Origin: Octopus vulgaris
Lineage: Eukaryota
Length of the DNA: 64,000 bases
Assembly (NCBI GenBank): GCA_951406725.2
Contig: OX597821.1
Span: forward strand, 78,120,001 to 78,184,000
Direction: 5' to 3'
Both the position numbers and the translations under genes were made by a program. The number at the start of each line of letters is the position of its first letter. The stretch's first letter is position 1. Positions 1 to 12,225 of this stretch are shown here, in pieces. The notes under the pieces are model-generated. The model was not told the origin of the DNA and made no database searches. It was given only the letters and a program-made list of their open reading frames with translations.

Positions 1-324
1 ACCTTGGATGCATGATAATGATTACACTACATCTCATCCATGTACTATGGGTGTAAAAATGTGTCGAAACAATTGTAATGATTTTTAAAGATAAAGAATG
101 CCGCTTATTCCATTCGCTATCCTTTATTTATTTCTATAAACTCTACAGATATTAGGAATGCCTGATGTATATCCCATAGCAGGATCATTTCCACTGTATG
201 ATGAGATCAGGCAGCTAATAAATATAGTCGGGCTTGGCATAGTGTTCTACAAAGTTCTTACTCGAATCTGATGTATGTATGCATAAATTTTGTTGAGGTG
301 TGCAAGTCTTTATATTGATAAAAG

Positions 325-518
325 AAGGCGGTGAACTAGCAGAAAAGTTGGCACCGCTGGACAAAATGTTTAGCGGCAGTTTGTCCGCCTAAACGTCTGA
401 GTTCAAATGCTGCTTGGGTCAACTATACCTTTCATTCTTTTATTCACTGGGGTCGATGTAATCGACGTGATCTCTCTTCAAAAACTGCTGGCCTTCTGCC
501 AACATTTGAAACCAATAT
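325..518 (+). mobile_element. Degenerate SINE, family 'B' (ggcggtgagctggcag head)
   Basis: Head aaggcggtgaactagcagaa, ctgagttcaaat box and ggggtcgatgtaatcgac match the copies at 4687, 8529 and 36446. Confidence 0.75.
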
Positions 519-521
519 TAT

Positions 522-852
522 CAAGAGCACTCAGAAAGCGAAAAACCCCTCCAAAGTAACACTTAATTCCTCTCAAAACCGGAGATGATTTTTGTGATGA
601 GAATATCTGAAATAAACTCGATTGCTCTCACAAGCGAGAATACTAAAAATGAACCCGACAGCTCTCCAAAATAAAGTAACAAACAATCCTTGTCCGGTAC
701 CGGATCGATCCTTAAATCTAATCAGTTCGTGTCAGTCACGAGACCAAAGATCCTTGAAAGTTTCATTCGAATCCATCCAACGGTTTTTGCGATATCTTGT
801 CCACGGGCAAACAAATACGACTGAAAACAATACCTCCGCCAAAGCGAAGGTG
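522..852. mobile_element. Non-autonomous Helentron/DINE-like element
   Basis: Subterminal cctcc motifs at both ends, a 3' stem-loop-like ctccgccaaagcgaagg and an internal aagtttcat..gaatccatcc motif; architecture resembles HINE/DINE elements. Confidence 0.5.
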
Positions 853-1034
853 TATGTAATAAAAGAAAGTAGTCAGAATTTAGAAGAATATCATTTATTG
901 AACGCTTTCGTTCCTTTCAAGAATTCTTTATGAATGTTGGACTGTGGAAAATTTTATATATTTTTGAGTTCGTTGAAAAAAGTCAACAATCCAATGAGTT
1001 CTCTTCGGTTTTGGAAAAACAATATTTATATGGA

Positions 1035-1770
1035 CCAATACTTCAAGTCCATACCCCCACCAGTTCACCTCCGTAGTTCTTGATATTTCTATTATCTAAG
1101 TGTCCTCCTCTGTGTTGAAGAGAATAGCTGCCACCAGCAACACCTCATCAATTTCTGGGGGAACTTTACCTATTCTTACCCTGGCCGAACGTTTGCCACA
1201 AGAGGTCGGTATCAGCGCCCACTCTGCTGATCTCAAAGGCACAGTGGTGTATTTCTTCGCTCCTTCTTCATTCACAAAGCGTACCTCCACTGTGCCGTAT
1301 TTCCTTTCTCTGGTATAGTACGTGACTACGTTCTTAATTTCTCCGAGGCACTCCTCGACCGCTGCTATTTCCACCTTTTGTGATGCAATTTTTCAATGTT
1401 ACTTTTTCCGATCTTTCTGTTACTTCTTTCGGAGTGGGGGCGTCAACCTCAGGCTATCTCCCTCCTTTCTTAATAAATCATTGTATTTTTTGTAGTTTTC
1501 CTCTTTCTATTTTATTTCTTTAACTTGAAGTCCCTCCGCTGACAGGCTTTTGCCAGTCACCGCATCATAACTGCCCGCTTGCACTGCTGGTGTACTTTCC
1601 ATATTATTCACAACGTCACCCATAAATGGCGAAGAAAATTAAAAAAACGGTAACAAGTTCAACAAGTAAGAACAATCCAACAATTCAATAATTAACAGTT
1701 AAACAAAAACGGAACTCAGAAGGAGCGTATACACGTTCAACTCACTAACTCAAACAAAACACTAACGACA
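1035..1770 (-). mobile_element. 5' fragment (UTR + ORF1) of a Tx1/L1-type LINE
   Basis: ORF 1096-1374 (VEVRF...RVRIGKVPPEIDEVLLVAAI) resembles LINE ORF1 RRM regions and the ORF1 at 22.6-22.8 kb (IKNVAPEIDSQWLLSAI). Confidence 0.55.
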
Positions 1771-2211
1771 GCGGGCTAACGAGTCTGCCAGCTCACCGCC
1801 TTGAGAACATTAATAATGTCGAATGATTATTTGGTCTGATTCATTTGGAAAAGGAATAATTTGAATAATTTCTCATATTTTTATAAATATATTTAGCCAT
1901 TTATTTTGGGTAAGAATTTTAAATGAAAAATGTATTTCCATTTCTTTCCGATATCTGATATTTGCACATATTTCTTTAGCTTTGATCAGTGGAATCTCAA
2001 TAATTCTATTTGTTTCGTATGCTGTTTACTCACAAATATATAACAAGGATAAAATTCCAACAGGGCAAAATTCAAGATAAATGTCTAAGGCAATGATAGA
2101 ACTCAATAAATTATATTGACTTCACTGTTTCCTGATATATATATATACATATGTATGTATATATATATGTATATATATATATACATGTATATATATATGT
2201 ATATATATATG

Positions 2212-2269
<58 letters not shown>

Positions 2270-2274
<5 letters not shown>

Positions 2275-3285
2275 GTTATCGCCATACTAATATGGCATTC
2301 TTATAAAAATAAGAAAAAAGCTGTCCGCTTATTAGCTCCATGAGGCCATCGCCTTAAGTTAGCTATTTGATACACAAACTGTATCCATATAACCTTCGAA
2401 CAAGGAGGTCAGTCGCTCCACACTACTTGACCGGCAGCTACAGACGCGTTTCGGGGTATTGCCCCTTTTCAATGCAGCGTAGCCAGCCAGTAGGTGTCGC
2501 TTCCGACAATCTCTGTTCGATGGTTTTATTTACCTAGTTTCGGTGGAATACATCCACTTGTTTTCAATAATAGAAATATTAAAATAACTAAGTCTCTCTA
2601 AAAGAGAACAGCGGCAGCGTTCCCGGAAAATAATAGTTATCGCCATACTAATATGGCATTCTTATAAAAATAAGAAAAAAGCTGTCCGCTTATTAGCTCC
2701 ATGAGGCCATCGCCTTAAGTTAGCTATTTGATACACAAACTGTATCCATATAACCTTCGAACAAGGGAGGTCAGTCGCTCCACACTACTTGACCGGCAGC
2801 TACAGACGCGTTAAGGCAGAGTTATAGAATTCAGCGTTATTATTGAAAATATCAACATTAGCAGATAGTTTAGATAATCTAAATGAAATATTCTTAACTA
2901 AATTCTTAGTAATTGCTCCAGGATGATTACTAAATTTGCTAATGTACTTAAGATTGGTCAACGGTTTATGATATGGGAAGTAAGAGTCACTGTGTAAATT
3001 AAGCGTAATATCTAAAAAGTTGGCCTTCGTCAGATCGTCATCAAAAACGATTTTTAAGCCCATTCTACTGAAAAAATTAACTAAACTGTTCTTAACTTTT
3101 TGTACCTTTTGGTTAGAAACATTTTGGAGGTAAAGTAAACAATCATCACGATATAGACCTCCATAAATGTTAGGGAACTCTTCAGCCATTTCAAAAAGAA
3201 TATATATACAGACCAAATCAGCTATCTGTGCTGAATCAGAACTTCCCATAGGTATATCGAAACTATCTGGTGTGTCTTTACGGAC
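2270..3285 (-). mobile_element. Penelope-like element: RT fragment plus tandem pseudo-LTR copies
   Basis: ORF 2800-3249 has MGS...YRDD...FLDITLNL...SNHP, typical of PLE RT. Near-perfect direct repeat 2270-2450 / 2630-2812. Hammerhead motif at 2437-2478. Confidence 0.85.
2437..2478 (-). ncRNA. Minimal type I hammerhead ribozyme, U3-A8 variant
   Basis: Minus strand reads GCUGCA-UUGAAAA-GGGG caaua CCCC-GAAA-CGCG-UC-UGUAGC. Stems I and II pair, helix III is palindromic, cleavage triplet GUC. Confidence 0.75.
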
Positions 3286-3452
3286 AAGTATTAAACAAGT
3301 ATTTTTTTTTTTTTTTCTACATATGTTTCAAAAATTCCACTGATACTTATTCAAAATAATAAAAGGTATAAACAATGCAATCTTCTCTTCGGGAAAGTGA
3401 AAAAACGAAACTTGTCAATACGACATTTTAGCAAAAAATGTGTGTTTGTCTG

Positions 3453-3455
<3 letters not shown>

Positions 3456-3539
<84 letters not shown>

Positions 3540-3560
3540 CTATATATCTATCTATCTATC
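3456..3560. repeat. (TATC)n microsatellite
   Basis: Direct tandem repeat. Confidence 0.95.
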
Positions 3561-3566
3561 TGTGAG

Positions 3567-3928
3567 TCTGTGTGGCTTACCAACCACCACATGGTTCCGG
3601 ATTCAGTTCCACTGCGTGGCAACTTGTGCATGTGTCTTCTACTATAGCCTCGGGCCAACCAAAGCCTTGTGAGTGGATTTGGTAGACAGAAACTAAAAGA
3701 AGCCTGTCGTATATATATATGTATATGTATATGTGAGTGTTTTTCCCCCTCAACATCGCTTGACAACCGATGCTGGTTTGTTTACGTCCCCGTAACTAAG
3801 CGGTTCTGCAAAAGAGACCGATAGAATAAGTACTAGGTTTACAAAGAATAAGTCCTGGGGTCGATGTGCTCGACTAAAGGCGGTGCTTCAGCATGGCCGC
3901 AGTCAAATGACTAAAATAAGTAGAAGAG

Positions 3929-3930
<2 letters not shown>
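3567..3930 (+). mobile_element. SINE family 'A' (tRNA-derived, internal microsatellite)
   Basis: B-box-like ggttccggattcagttcc; body and tail (gaataagtactagg...cagcatggccgcagtcaaatgact) shared with 6075-6400, 10190-10345, 13980-14175 and 63958-64000. Confidence 0.8.
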
Positions 3931-4021
<91 letters not shown>

Positions 4022-4136
4022 GTACACATACATATCCACACATATGAAGCAATAAAAACGGTTCATTTGCACCATATTACGCTCTTAAATATTTGATAAT
4101 AAAAGCCTAATTATTATTCAAAAGAGCTCCACACAC

Positions 4137-5270
4137 CTCGGAAAAATTAGAAATACTGGAGACTATATAAAGCGACGATGATCTCCAATGTGTCATCATC
4201 TGATAAAGGCCAAACATACCGAAATTTCGAAGTTACTATCGACACTATGAAACGAAAGTGAGCAGATTTGTTACATTGATAGGTTCATATTCAGATGCAG
4301 ACAGTACGTTACATTCTTGTGGGAAATATTTTACTATCTTCGATATGTTCTCACCATTTGCAAAGGTTAACATTATTAGCAATATCTTTAAATTATTCTT
4401 ATTGCTAACGTTGAGTGTTTCTATTCAGCACGTTCAAACACATCACGCATTGTCTATGAAAAAAAGTTTTCTCATAGGTACAAACTTACACAAGGGAAGA
4501 GATAGAAACGACTGGATCGGCTTTATTGTACTAGTAATTTTTATTGAGTCTACAAACGAGCGGATAAGAAAGCTGTACATAATATTTAGTTGAAAGAGAT
4601 CGACTGCTTCTGTGATTCGCTGACTAATCTGGAAATAATAACAATTCCTAACATAGGTCTGATAACATATTTTAAAGAAGGAAACCTATTTCTTTATTAC
4701 CCACAAGGGGCTAAACACAGAGGGGACAAACAAGGACAGACATAGGTATTAAGTCGATTACATCGACTCCAGTGCGTAACTGGTACTTAATTTATCGACC
4801 CCGAAAGGATGAAAAGCAAAGTCGACCTCGGCGGAATTTGAACTCATAACGTAGCGGCAGACGAAATACCGCTAAGCATTTCGCCCGGCGTGCTAACGTT
4901 TCTGCCAGCTCGCCGCCTTCCTTTTAAAGAAGGAAACCGTGTATCATATCGACACCCATGCTTAACTGCAAATTATTTTGTGAAGCTAAAATGAGTGAAA
5001 AAGAGACTCCGCCAAAGCCGGAATCGAAATTAGAACGTCAAGGTACGCAACAAAATATTCGTAAAATTTCTTATCGACCGTTCTACCAATTTTGCAGTTC
5101 TCTCTCTGAGAATGGTAATGGTAAATCTAATGCAATAAAAGCACAAGTCTGTTACAATATTTCCAAACACTGAATTACAGAAACAAATGTAATTATTATT
5201 TCTCTTCCGATTCTTAATATAATTAATTAACTTACCTTTAAGATTCTTTATTGTAATAAAGTTGCTTGAC
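4137..5270 (-). pseudogene. Putative degenerate paralogue of the PAN-domain gene
   Basis: Donor AAGAATCTTAAAG|gtaagt at 5236 is homologous to ATGAGTCTTAAAG|gtaagt at 46188, with ATG changed to AAG. Candidate 317-nt exon 4453-4137 (tttcatag| ... gag|gtgtgt) encodes a signal-like LKILLIMLTFANG and residual Cys, with stops and frameshifts. Confidence 0.35.
4687..4921 (-). mobile_element. Full-length SINE family 'B' with 17-bp TSD
   Basis: Reverse complement of the 8529 copy, flanked by identical ttttaaagaaggaaacc at 4670-4686 and 4922-4938. Confidence 0.9.
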
Positions 5271-6074
5271 AAGTAAACTTCAGTTATAATTGAAGTTCGA
5301 TCAATCTGAAGTGTATTTTCGGTCGTATAATTTCGTTTTTAATGCAGTTTTAATAAGTGGGCTTATAGTTGTTCTTTTTTTCTCTTTGTTTTCACAATTC
5401 AAGACGAAAGTTAGAACACAGGTTTTGGGAAGCCAACTAAGTTCTTATACACAGATTTTCAAAATTCTGTTCTTATGGCAAATATATTACAACGCCACTT
5501 TTTGCCACTTCTCTAGCAGAAAGCCAGCAACTTGAGTTTGTTTCCCCGCTAGTTCTATTAGTTGTTGTCAGGCTATTTCAGTTTTCTCAAAAATATTCTT
5601 CAATTTGATGTATTCTGTTGTTTTTCCTTCTCCTTAAAACACTGCTATTAAAATGATCAGTTCTACCTCGACGTATCGTTAGCTTCCAGTCAACTCCTGG
5701 ACACAGATGCTCGCAATTATATCAGTAGAAACGCCCCACATATATTTATATAGTTACTAAGTGAACAAAGGATTTTAACTTCTTATTATAATATACAAAC
5801 AACCTTCAATTTATTGATTTCTTTCGTTTTACAATGAATAATATATTCTTAATGCAGTCGGAGTAGGTGTGGTTAACGATATAAGGTAAGCAATGACAGG
5901 GAGGTGTGATTAGCTTTATATTCTGGCTTATGTAGATAATGTATCCGAGAAAGGCATGAATGTCGCAAAATCCCATTTAAATAAGCAAATTAAATTAGCT
6001 AAATTTTTTATTGTATTAAATTTCAATATTTTATCCCTTTTTCAGATATGGTCAACGTCACATTTATTTGTTTA

Positions 6075-6400
6075 CGGCGCTGTAAACAAACCAACGCTGG
6101 TTGATACTCGATGGTGAGGCATAAGCATAAACACATACACAGAAACACACACGCACACACACAGACACAGACACACTCTCTATCTCTCACACACACATAC
6201 TCTCTCTCTCTCTCACACACAAATACTCACATATACGACGGGCTTCAAAACAGTTTCTGTCGACTAAATTAACTCACAATGCTTTGGTCGGCCCCAGTTC
6301 TGCAGTAGAATACGCTTACTCAAGGTACAGTGTAATAGGATTGAACTCCAAACCACGCGCTTGCAAAGCGTGTTCCTTAACCTCACACACGTGCATGCAC
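6075..6400 (-). mobile_element. Degenerate SINE family 'A'
   Basis: Reverse-complement similarity to 3567-3800 (tatacgacgggcttc, gctttggtcggccc). Confidence 0.7.
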
Positions 6401-7044
6401 CTATAAGAAGGAAAACATCGCAGGATGAAGATTTGGCTAAGTTTCTTTTAATTGTCTTTTCAATGTTTTCCTTAACGCTGAATTTATGCCAGACCCACAG
6501 AGATAACCGCCATCACCACTCATTCTTTTCTTGGCAATGGATTGTATAAGCCTACAGTATATAAATGCGTTTAAGATGACGATAAACCGAGACAGCTTTG
6601 GTTGCTATTTCTACGAGTGATTACGTAATGCTTCCTTGTAGGATCGTAATTATGTTGTTTAGTTCCAGATCAGCCCTCAATGATCTGATCCATGAATACT
6701 ATCCAGCCTTTTTGTCTACCTAAGATTATATTATGAGAAGTGTCCTTGTCTACATTTAAGATAAGTGTGTGGCAGCTATTTCTGGTAGACTGAGTGACTG
6801 CTTAGAGGATCCATCATTAGCTCATAATATAGTAATATTTGGAGAATGAGGGCTTCCAAAGGAACCTGACGGCTATTTTTGTCAATTGGCCTAAAAAAAT
6901 GAAATATCCACGAATTACTTCTATTTAATTGAAATTATACCTCTCATTAGAAAAAATATATATATTTTTTTCTTCTAATTACGGGTGTAATAGCATTACA
7001 GCGGTAACGAAAATCAAAAAAGGTAAGGGAGAAAACTCAGAAAT

Positions 7045-7567
7045 GCTACTGTTTATAGCTCGCTCAGAGATTTGATATAAGGCTAGAGATGAGAGCGATG
7101 ATCTTCCTCGCAAATACTAATAGGACACAGACTGTGTGTCGTTAGCCAGCGGGAGGAGATGTCTTCCTGGGGCTAAAAACAACATTAGCACTGTCTTGTA
7201 TAGGACGCCACATTTAGTTGGCAAATATATTTTACGATTCCGTACTGTTACTGTTTATATCTCGCTCAGAGATTTAATATGACATATCTCTTTCTTTTAC
7301 GAGATCAGCGACAAAGACCCGCTTGAAAAGAATGAGTTTTCATCACTAGCCAATGATTAATACACGCTGAGGAGGGGTAACCAGCCAGAAACTTGTGTCC
7401 GTATGTATCATGAAAGGCTAGAGACGGGAGCGATGACCTTCCTCGAAAATACTAATCGGACGCAGAATGTGTGTCGTTAGCCAGCTGGAAGAGATGTCTT
7501 CCTGGGGCTAAAAACAACAGTAGCACTATCCTGTATAGGACGCCACATTTAGTTGGCAAATATATTT
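7045..7567 (+). mobile_element. Tandem PLE pseudo-LTR / retrozyme-like unit with hammerhead
   Basis: Direct repeats 7047-7231 and 7247-7567; the second contains a hammerhead motif at 7361-7407. Confidence 0.65.
7361..7407 (+). ncRNA. Type I hammerhead ribozyme motif (stem II imperfect)
   Basis: uacACG-CUGAGGA-GGgguaaccagCCa-GAAA-CuuguG-UC-CGUaugua. Confidence 0.55.
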
Positions 7568-8528
7568 CAGAAATGTTAAATCTATTAAAAATTAAGCGGC
7601 AACATTTAGTAAAACATGAGTGTGATTAATGTCAGGCATGGTGATAATTCCAGGGCGAGTTCCAGTATTATTCGTCCTCTTCAATATTTCAGTCTATTAT
7701 ATCCCTTTTAGCTCACTGCATTATGTTAGTATGCACTTGAGCATACGAATTTAATATACAAGTGGTGTCCCAGGGAAAATTTTGCAGTAAGATCAATTTG
7801 TTTTTAATTCTGTGAATTTGTAGGAGATGTATAATCTGAAATGTAATGGTCAGTACGTTAATGTATAACGCCCTTGTATTGAATCTCACTAATAACACTG
7901 GTCAGCGCAAAGAAAATGCTGTGGACAAAATGATATCCGAATATTTTCATGACTAACATTAAAAGTGGTCGTTGATAGAAGGAACCAGTAATTTCCTCGT
8001 GACCATCCTTCTTATTTGGAAATATTGCACTTTGCACAAAGTTTGGCTTCATGTCCATCGTTTTGCAAGGTTGTATGGCGTAATTAGAGGGATATCGATC
8101 TCGTAGTGGCTTACCTCAACTTGTTATTAACAGTGAGGAATTAAAATTGCTGGCTGGATTTCATTTTTAAACTGTAATTTCTGTGAGCGACAGAAACAGT
8201 ATTAGTTCAAAATATCAATCACGTAAAGCAGTGCGTCGTTGGAAGCCTACCAGACTCCAGTATTAATATCAGGATAGCATCTCTTATAGATGTATAGTGT
8301 TAAAAACACAAATTATTAAAAAATATTTAGTCTACTTCTGATATACATGTGTGTTGTTTTAACACTGTACGTCTATAAGAGATGGGTTCTCGAGGCGAAT
8401 ACCTCAGTTTATGGGCTTTCAATAAAATGTATCTGCTTTAAGCAAGATACACAAATTGCTTATTTATACGTATATTTGCATAAGGTTATGATGTGTCATA
8501 ATTTTATATATTTGGGGTGGGGGTGGGG

Positions 8529-8910
8529 AGGCGGTGAGCTGGCAGAAACGTTAGCACGCCGGGCGAAATGCTTAGCGGTATTTCGTCTGTCTTTAAGTCC
8601 TGAGTTCAAATTCCGCCGAGGTCGACTTTGCCTTTCATCCTTTCGGGGTCGATTAAATAAGTACCAGTTACGCACTGGGATCGATGTGATTGACTTAATC
8701 TGTTTGTCTGTCCTGTGTTTAGCCCCTTGTGGGTAGTAAAGAAGTAGGTATTTCGTCTGCCGTTACGTTCTGAGTTCAAATTCTGCAGAGGTCGACTTTG
8801 CCTTTCATCCTTTCGAGGTCGATAAGCTAAGTACCAGTTGCGCACTGGAGTCGATGTAATCTGCTGCCCGCCCCTAAGTTTTCAGGCCTTATACCTAGAG
8901 TAGAAAAGAA
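8529..8910 (+). mobile_element. SINE family 'B', with partially duplicated body
   Basis: Full head; segment 8578-8700 recurs at 8748-8862. Confidence 0.85.
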
Positions 8911-9329
8911 TATATTTGGTGGGAGGCTATTGAAAGATCAATGTTAAAGAAACGCCTTGTCTGGCCATGCACTCGTATTGAGAGATGCATTATGAGTTAT
9001 ATGAATAAAATCTTAAGAAAGTAAGCAAAATAATTATTGGAAATAACGTAAAAATGTAGTAAAAAATCGCTGAATGAAACGGCCAAAAATCCTGACAAAG
9101 AATAAACCGCAAAAAAGTTATTGAAAACTCAGGAGAGAAATTACAGGGAGGGTGTGAATTAGGTGATTATAGAATCATTATGAAGTTAAAATTTTAGAAT
9201 AATCAGTAAAAAAGTATTTTACGAGTAATAAATACCAGATCAACTCTTCTTAACCACTTCAAAGATTTGATTACGTAGAGTGAGCTTGCCGATTCTATTT
9301 ACTTATGCTAAAACTACCTCAGGCTATTA

Positions 9330-9870
9330 CCAATCTATGGTATTTTATTTAACACGAAATTAATTCTCATTGTTGTGTTTTACGCGGTTTTGTGGCTTCA
9401 TTTTGAAATGTGAATATTTAGGAATATGACGATGAAGCGCCAAATTGCGAGGAAACGAATATTTTCAACATCTGCAGCTCTTTGCTTTCCAACAGGGTTA
9501 TAAAAGTGCAAAATACGTTCGGGATATTTTGTACCGTGTACGGAGAAGGTGGTATTACTGAAAGAACGGCACAGAAATGGTTTTCACGCTTCAGTGAGGT
9601 GGGAAATTTCCTGTTTAGTTCCACGGGGATCAGTTAAACAAGTTCATTCCCGAGAATCCGTCCCAATCTACTAGGGAATTGACCAAACATATAGAATACT
9701 CTCAAAATACGGTCGCCCGATGACCTTCACTGGATGGGAAACTCAGATGAAACGACCTGATCGGCGACAAGGCGTGCTACTTCAACACAGCAACGCACGT
9801 CCTCGCATTCTTTAATTTCACCCAAAATGCTATTCTACAGCTTATCTAGGAAGGTCTACGGCCCGATGGC
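9330..9870 (+). mobile_element. Highly degenerate mariner fragment
   Basis: Remnant motifs VLLQHSNARP (9772-9802) and an HTH-region remnant; no intact ORF. Confidence 0.45.
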
Positions 9871-10344
9871 AGACCTTAAAAGTTAAAAAAGACAAAAACA
9901 AAAACAAAAACAAAGAAACAAAACAAAAGAACGAATTTATCCGACAACTCAGCACATGTAATCAATCAATTAGCAATGATTATCTATTAACCAGGCGTTA
10001 GTTAGCTGTTTTGCATTCAGCAACCGGAAGTTATAAGTAAATGTTACTCTTTTATTTCCTCGAGATTAATTGAAAAGTTTGTGTATACTTGGACATTTCT
10101 TGTTCGAACTTGTTATTTCACTTAAGTTTCAGTGCGTTTTCCTTTCTTAGTTTCTTCAAGAAGAAGATTTATGTCAATCCTTATACTTCATTAAGCAGTC
10201 TTTAATTTGTTTGTCCTTTACATGTTTTACTTTTTGGACAGTGGTCATGCTGGAGCACTGCTTTCAAGTGTTTAATCGAACAAATCGACTCTAGTATGTA
10301 TTAACTCTGCTACCTATTCTCTCGTCTCTTTTATCGAACTGGTA

Positions 10345-10941
10345 TGTGACTCTGTGAAAATTTCCTAGGCAACAAGAGATCTCTAGAGTTTAGATATGGC
10401 GTGAAATGTCGTCTAGACTCCTACGCTGCAACGGGTTGCCGGATGTCACAAAAAGTCCATTTCCTCGATTCACATCTGGACGTTTTTGCAGAGAACATTG
10501 AATCAGTGTTTGATGAGCAAGGGGAACGCTTTCATCTAGATATTGAATCGATGGATATCAAGGATTTTGGAATGCAGGAATGCTATCTGACTACTGTTGG
10601 ATGTTGTACAGGGATGAACCTGAGACAAAACACAATAGAAAGTCCAAATCCCAAAGATTTTAAGTTGTTATGCATTTGAGTGTATCCTAACTTATTTGTA
10701 CACAATAAATTTAATTTTGTACAATAAAAAGCCATGAAACTATCGTATCTTGTATCCAATATACTTTAAATAGACATGCTTTACGTATCCTATAAGTTAA
10801 AACAGCAGGTATCATTAACATGAAAATGTGACCTGATAGAGGAAATCAGACTTCAGATTCGTAATCAGAATCAAAAATTAACTAAGAAAAGTCAGTCAGC
10901 AACTCTGATGATTAAGAAAGGTTTCATTTTGTTGACCAGTG
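10345..10941 (+). mobile_element. 3' end of a Chapaev3 (CMC) DNA transposon
   Basis: GCRMSQKVHFLDSHLDVFAENIESVFDEQGERFHLDI matches the Chapaev3-type C-terminus; ends with ttttgttgaccagtg terminus; overlaps in sequence with 49180-49385. Confidence 0.7.
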
Positions 10942-10989
10942 TAATTCCTGTTCCTTTATTCATTCACATCTCAATTTCGAATGATTCTA

Positions 10990-12090
10990 TTGCTATTATC
11001 CCTAAACTTTGGCCCCTAAAAACAAATATCACATAACTTACTACAATTCAAATGCAATATTTTCTACTTCTCCTCTTCATCTCCCTAATCTCCACCTCTA
11101 CTATCACCTCCATTAGTACCCTCATTATTAACCCCTCACTCTTCCTGAACTATCTTTTCTCCTCTCACCATTCCCTGTCTTCATACCCACATAACCCACC
11201 GACATTCCCATTCCACCATCTAATACAACTATCTCTTCACATTTAATCATTCCATCTTTGAACTTCTCTTCATTAAGATCTGAAATGTAGATCTTTTCCA
11301 CCATGATGACGGAGGTTCGTCTCATCCTATGTTGATTGTATCGATTATGGTCACATATTGAAATGAATCACATCGACCAACATTATGATGGATCTCCGAG
11401 CCTCCTGAAACACCTGTTGAATTTATAACGCCTTTCTTCAAGCCCTTTAATTTTCTCTGTTGTTCGTACTCTCTCTGTATGTAGGATCTATTAATATAAA
11501 TATCTGTATTTTTATACTTAAAAATTCATCATCTGAAAGTCTCCACCATTTCCTTTCTCTCGTCTTGCGTGTGTCCATAAATAAATATTTTGTATTTGAT
11601 ACCCAAAGCATTATATTTAATATGTTCAATATAATTAATGTAGTTAAATTGTTTATCTGCATACCTGCCTGTCTGTCCGTCTGTCTCGCTCTCTATCATA
11701 AATACTCTCTCTCTGACGAGCCACTCCACTTAAGGCCTCACCGGCTTCGGCATTGCCCTACCATCTAGACTCCGTCTGGAACAGCGCAACATTTTCGCTC
11801 TACGTACTCGAAGACCTTTCGGATTCAACACAACTCCCCACACAACGTTTAAAAAATATTCTATATTATTTTTTAATTGTTTATTAGTTTTATTTATTTT
11901 CTGTTACTGATTTATTTATATAATCTTTTTCATTTATATTTTATATTATTTTCAATTTTTATTTTTATTTCTATATTCCTTTGTTTTCTCATGTTTTTAT
12001 TTTTTAACTTGTATTTTTAACTTAATTTCTTTCACATACACTCACCTTCATACACTCACACTCATACACATTATTTACACATATTTACAC
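10990..12090 (+). mobile_element. Very degenerate Penelope-like remnant
   Basis: 11779-11829 encodes EQRNIFALRTRRPFGFN, resembling the PLE GIY-YIG C-terminal E..I..L.T..P.GLN motif. Confidence 0.4.
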
Positions 12091-12225
12091 ACGCCTCCAT
12101 ACACACTCATATAAATACACTCGCACAACAACACACCCACCCAAATAGTTGCCTCCACACTCTAATACACACACATACTTACATACCCACATTGAGGCCT
12201 CCCCACACTCAAAGGCACGTCGTCG

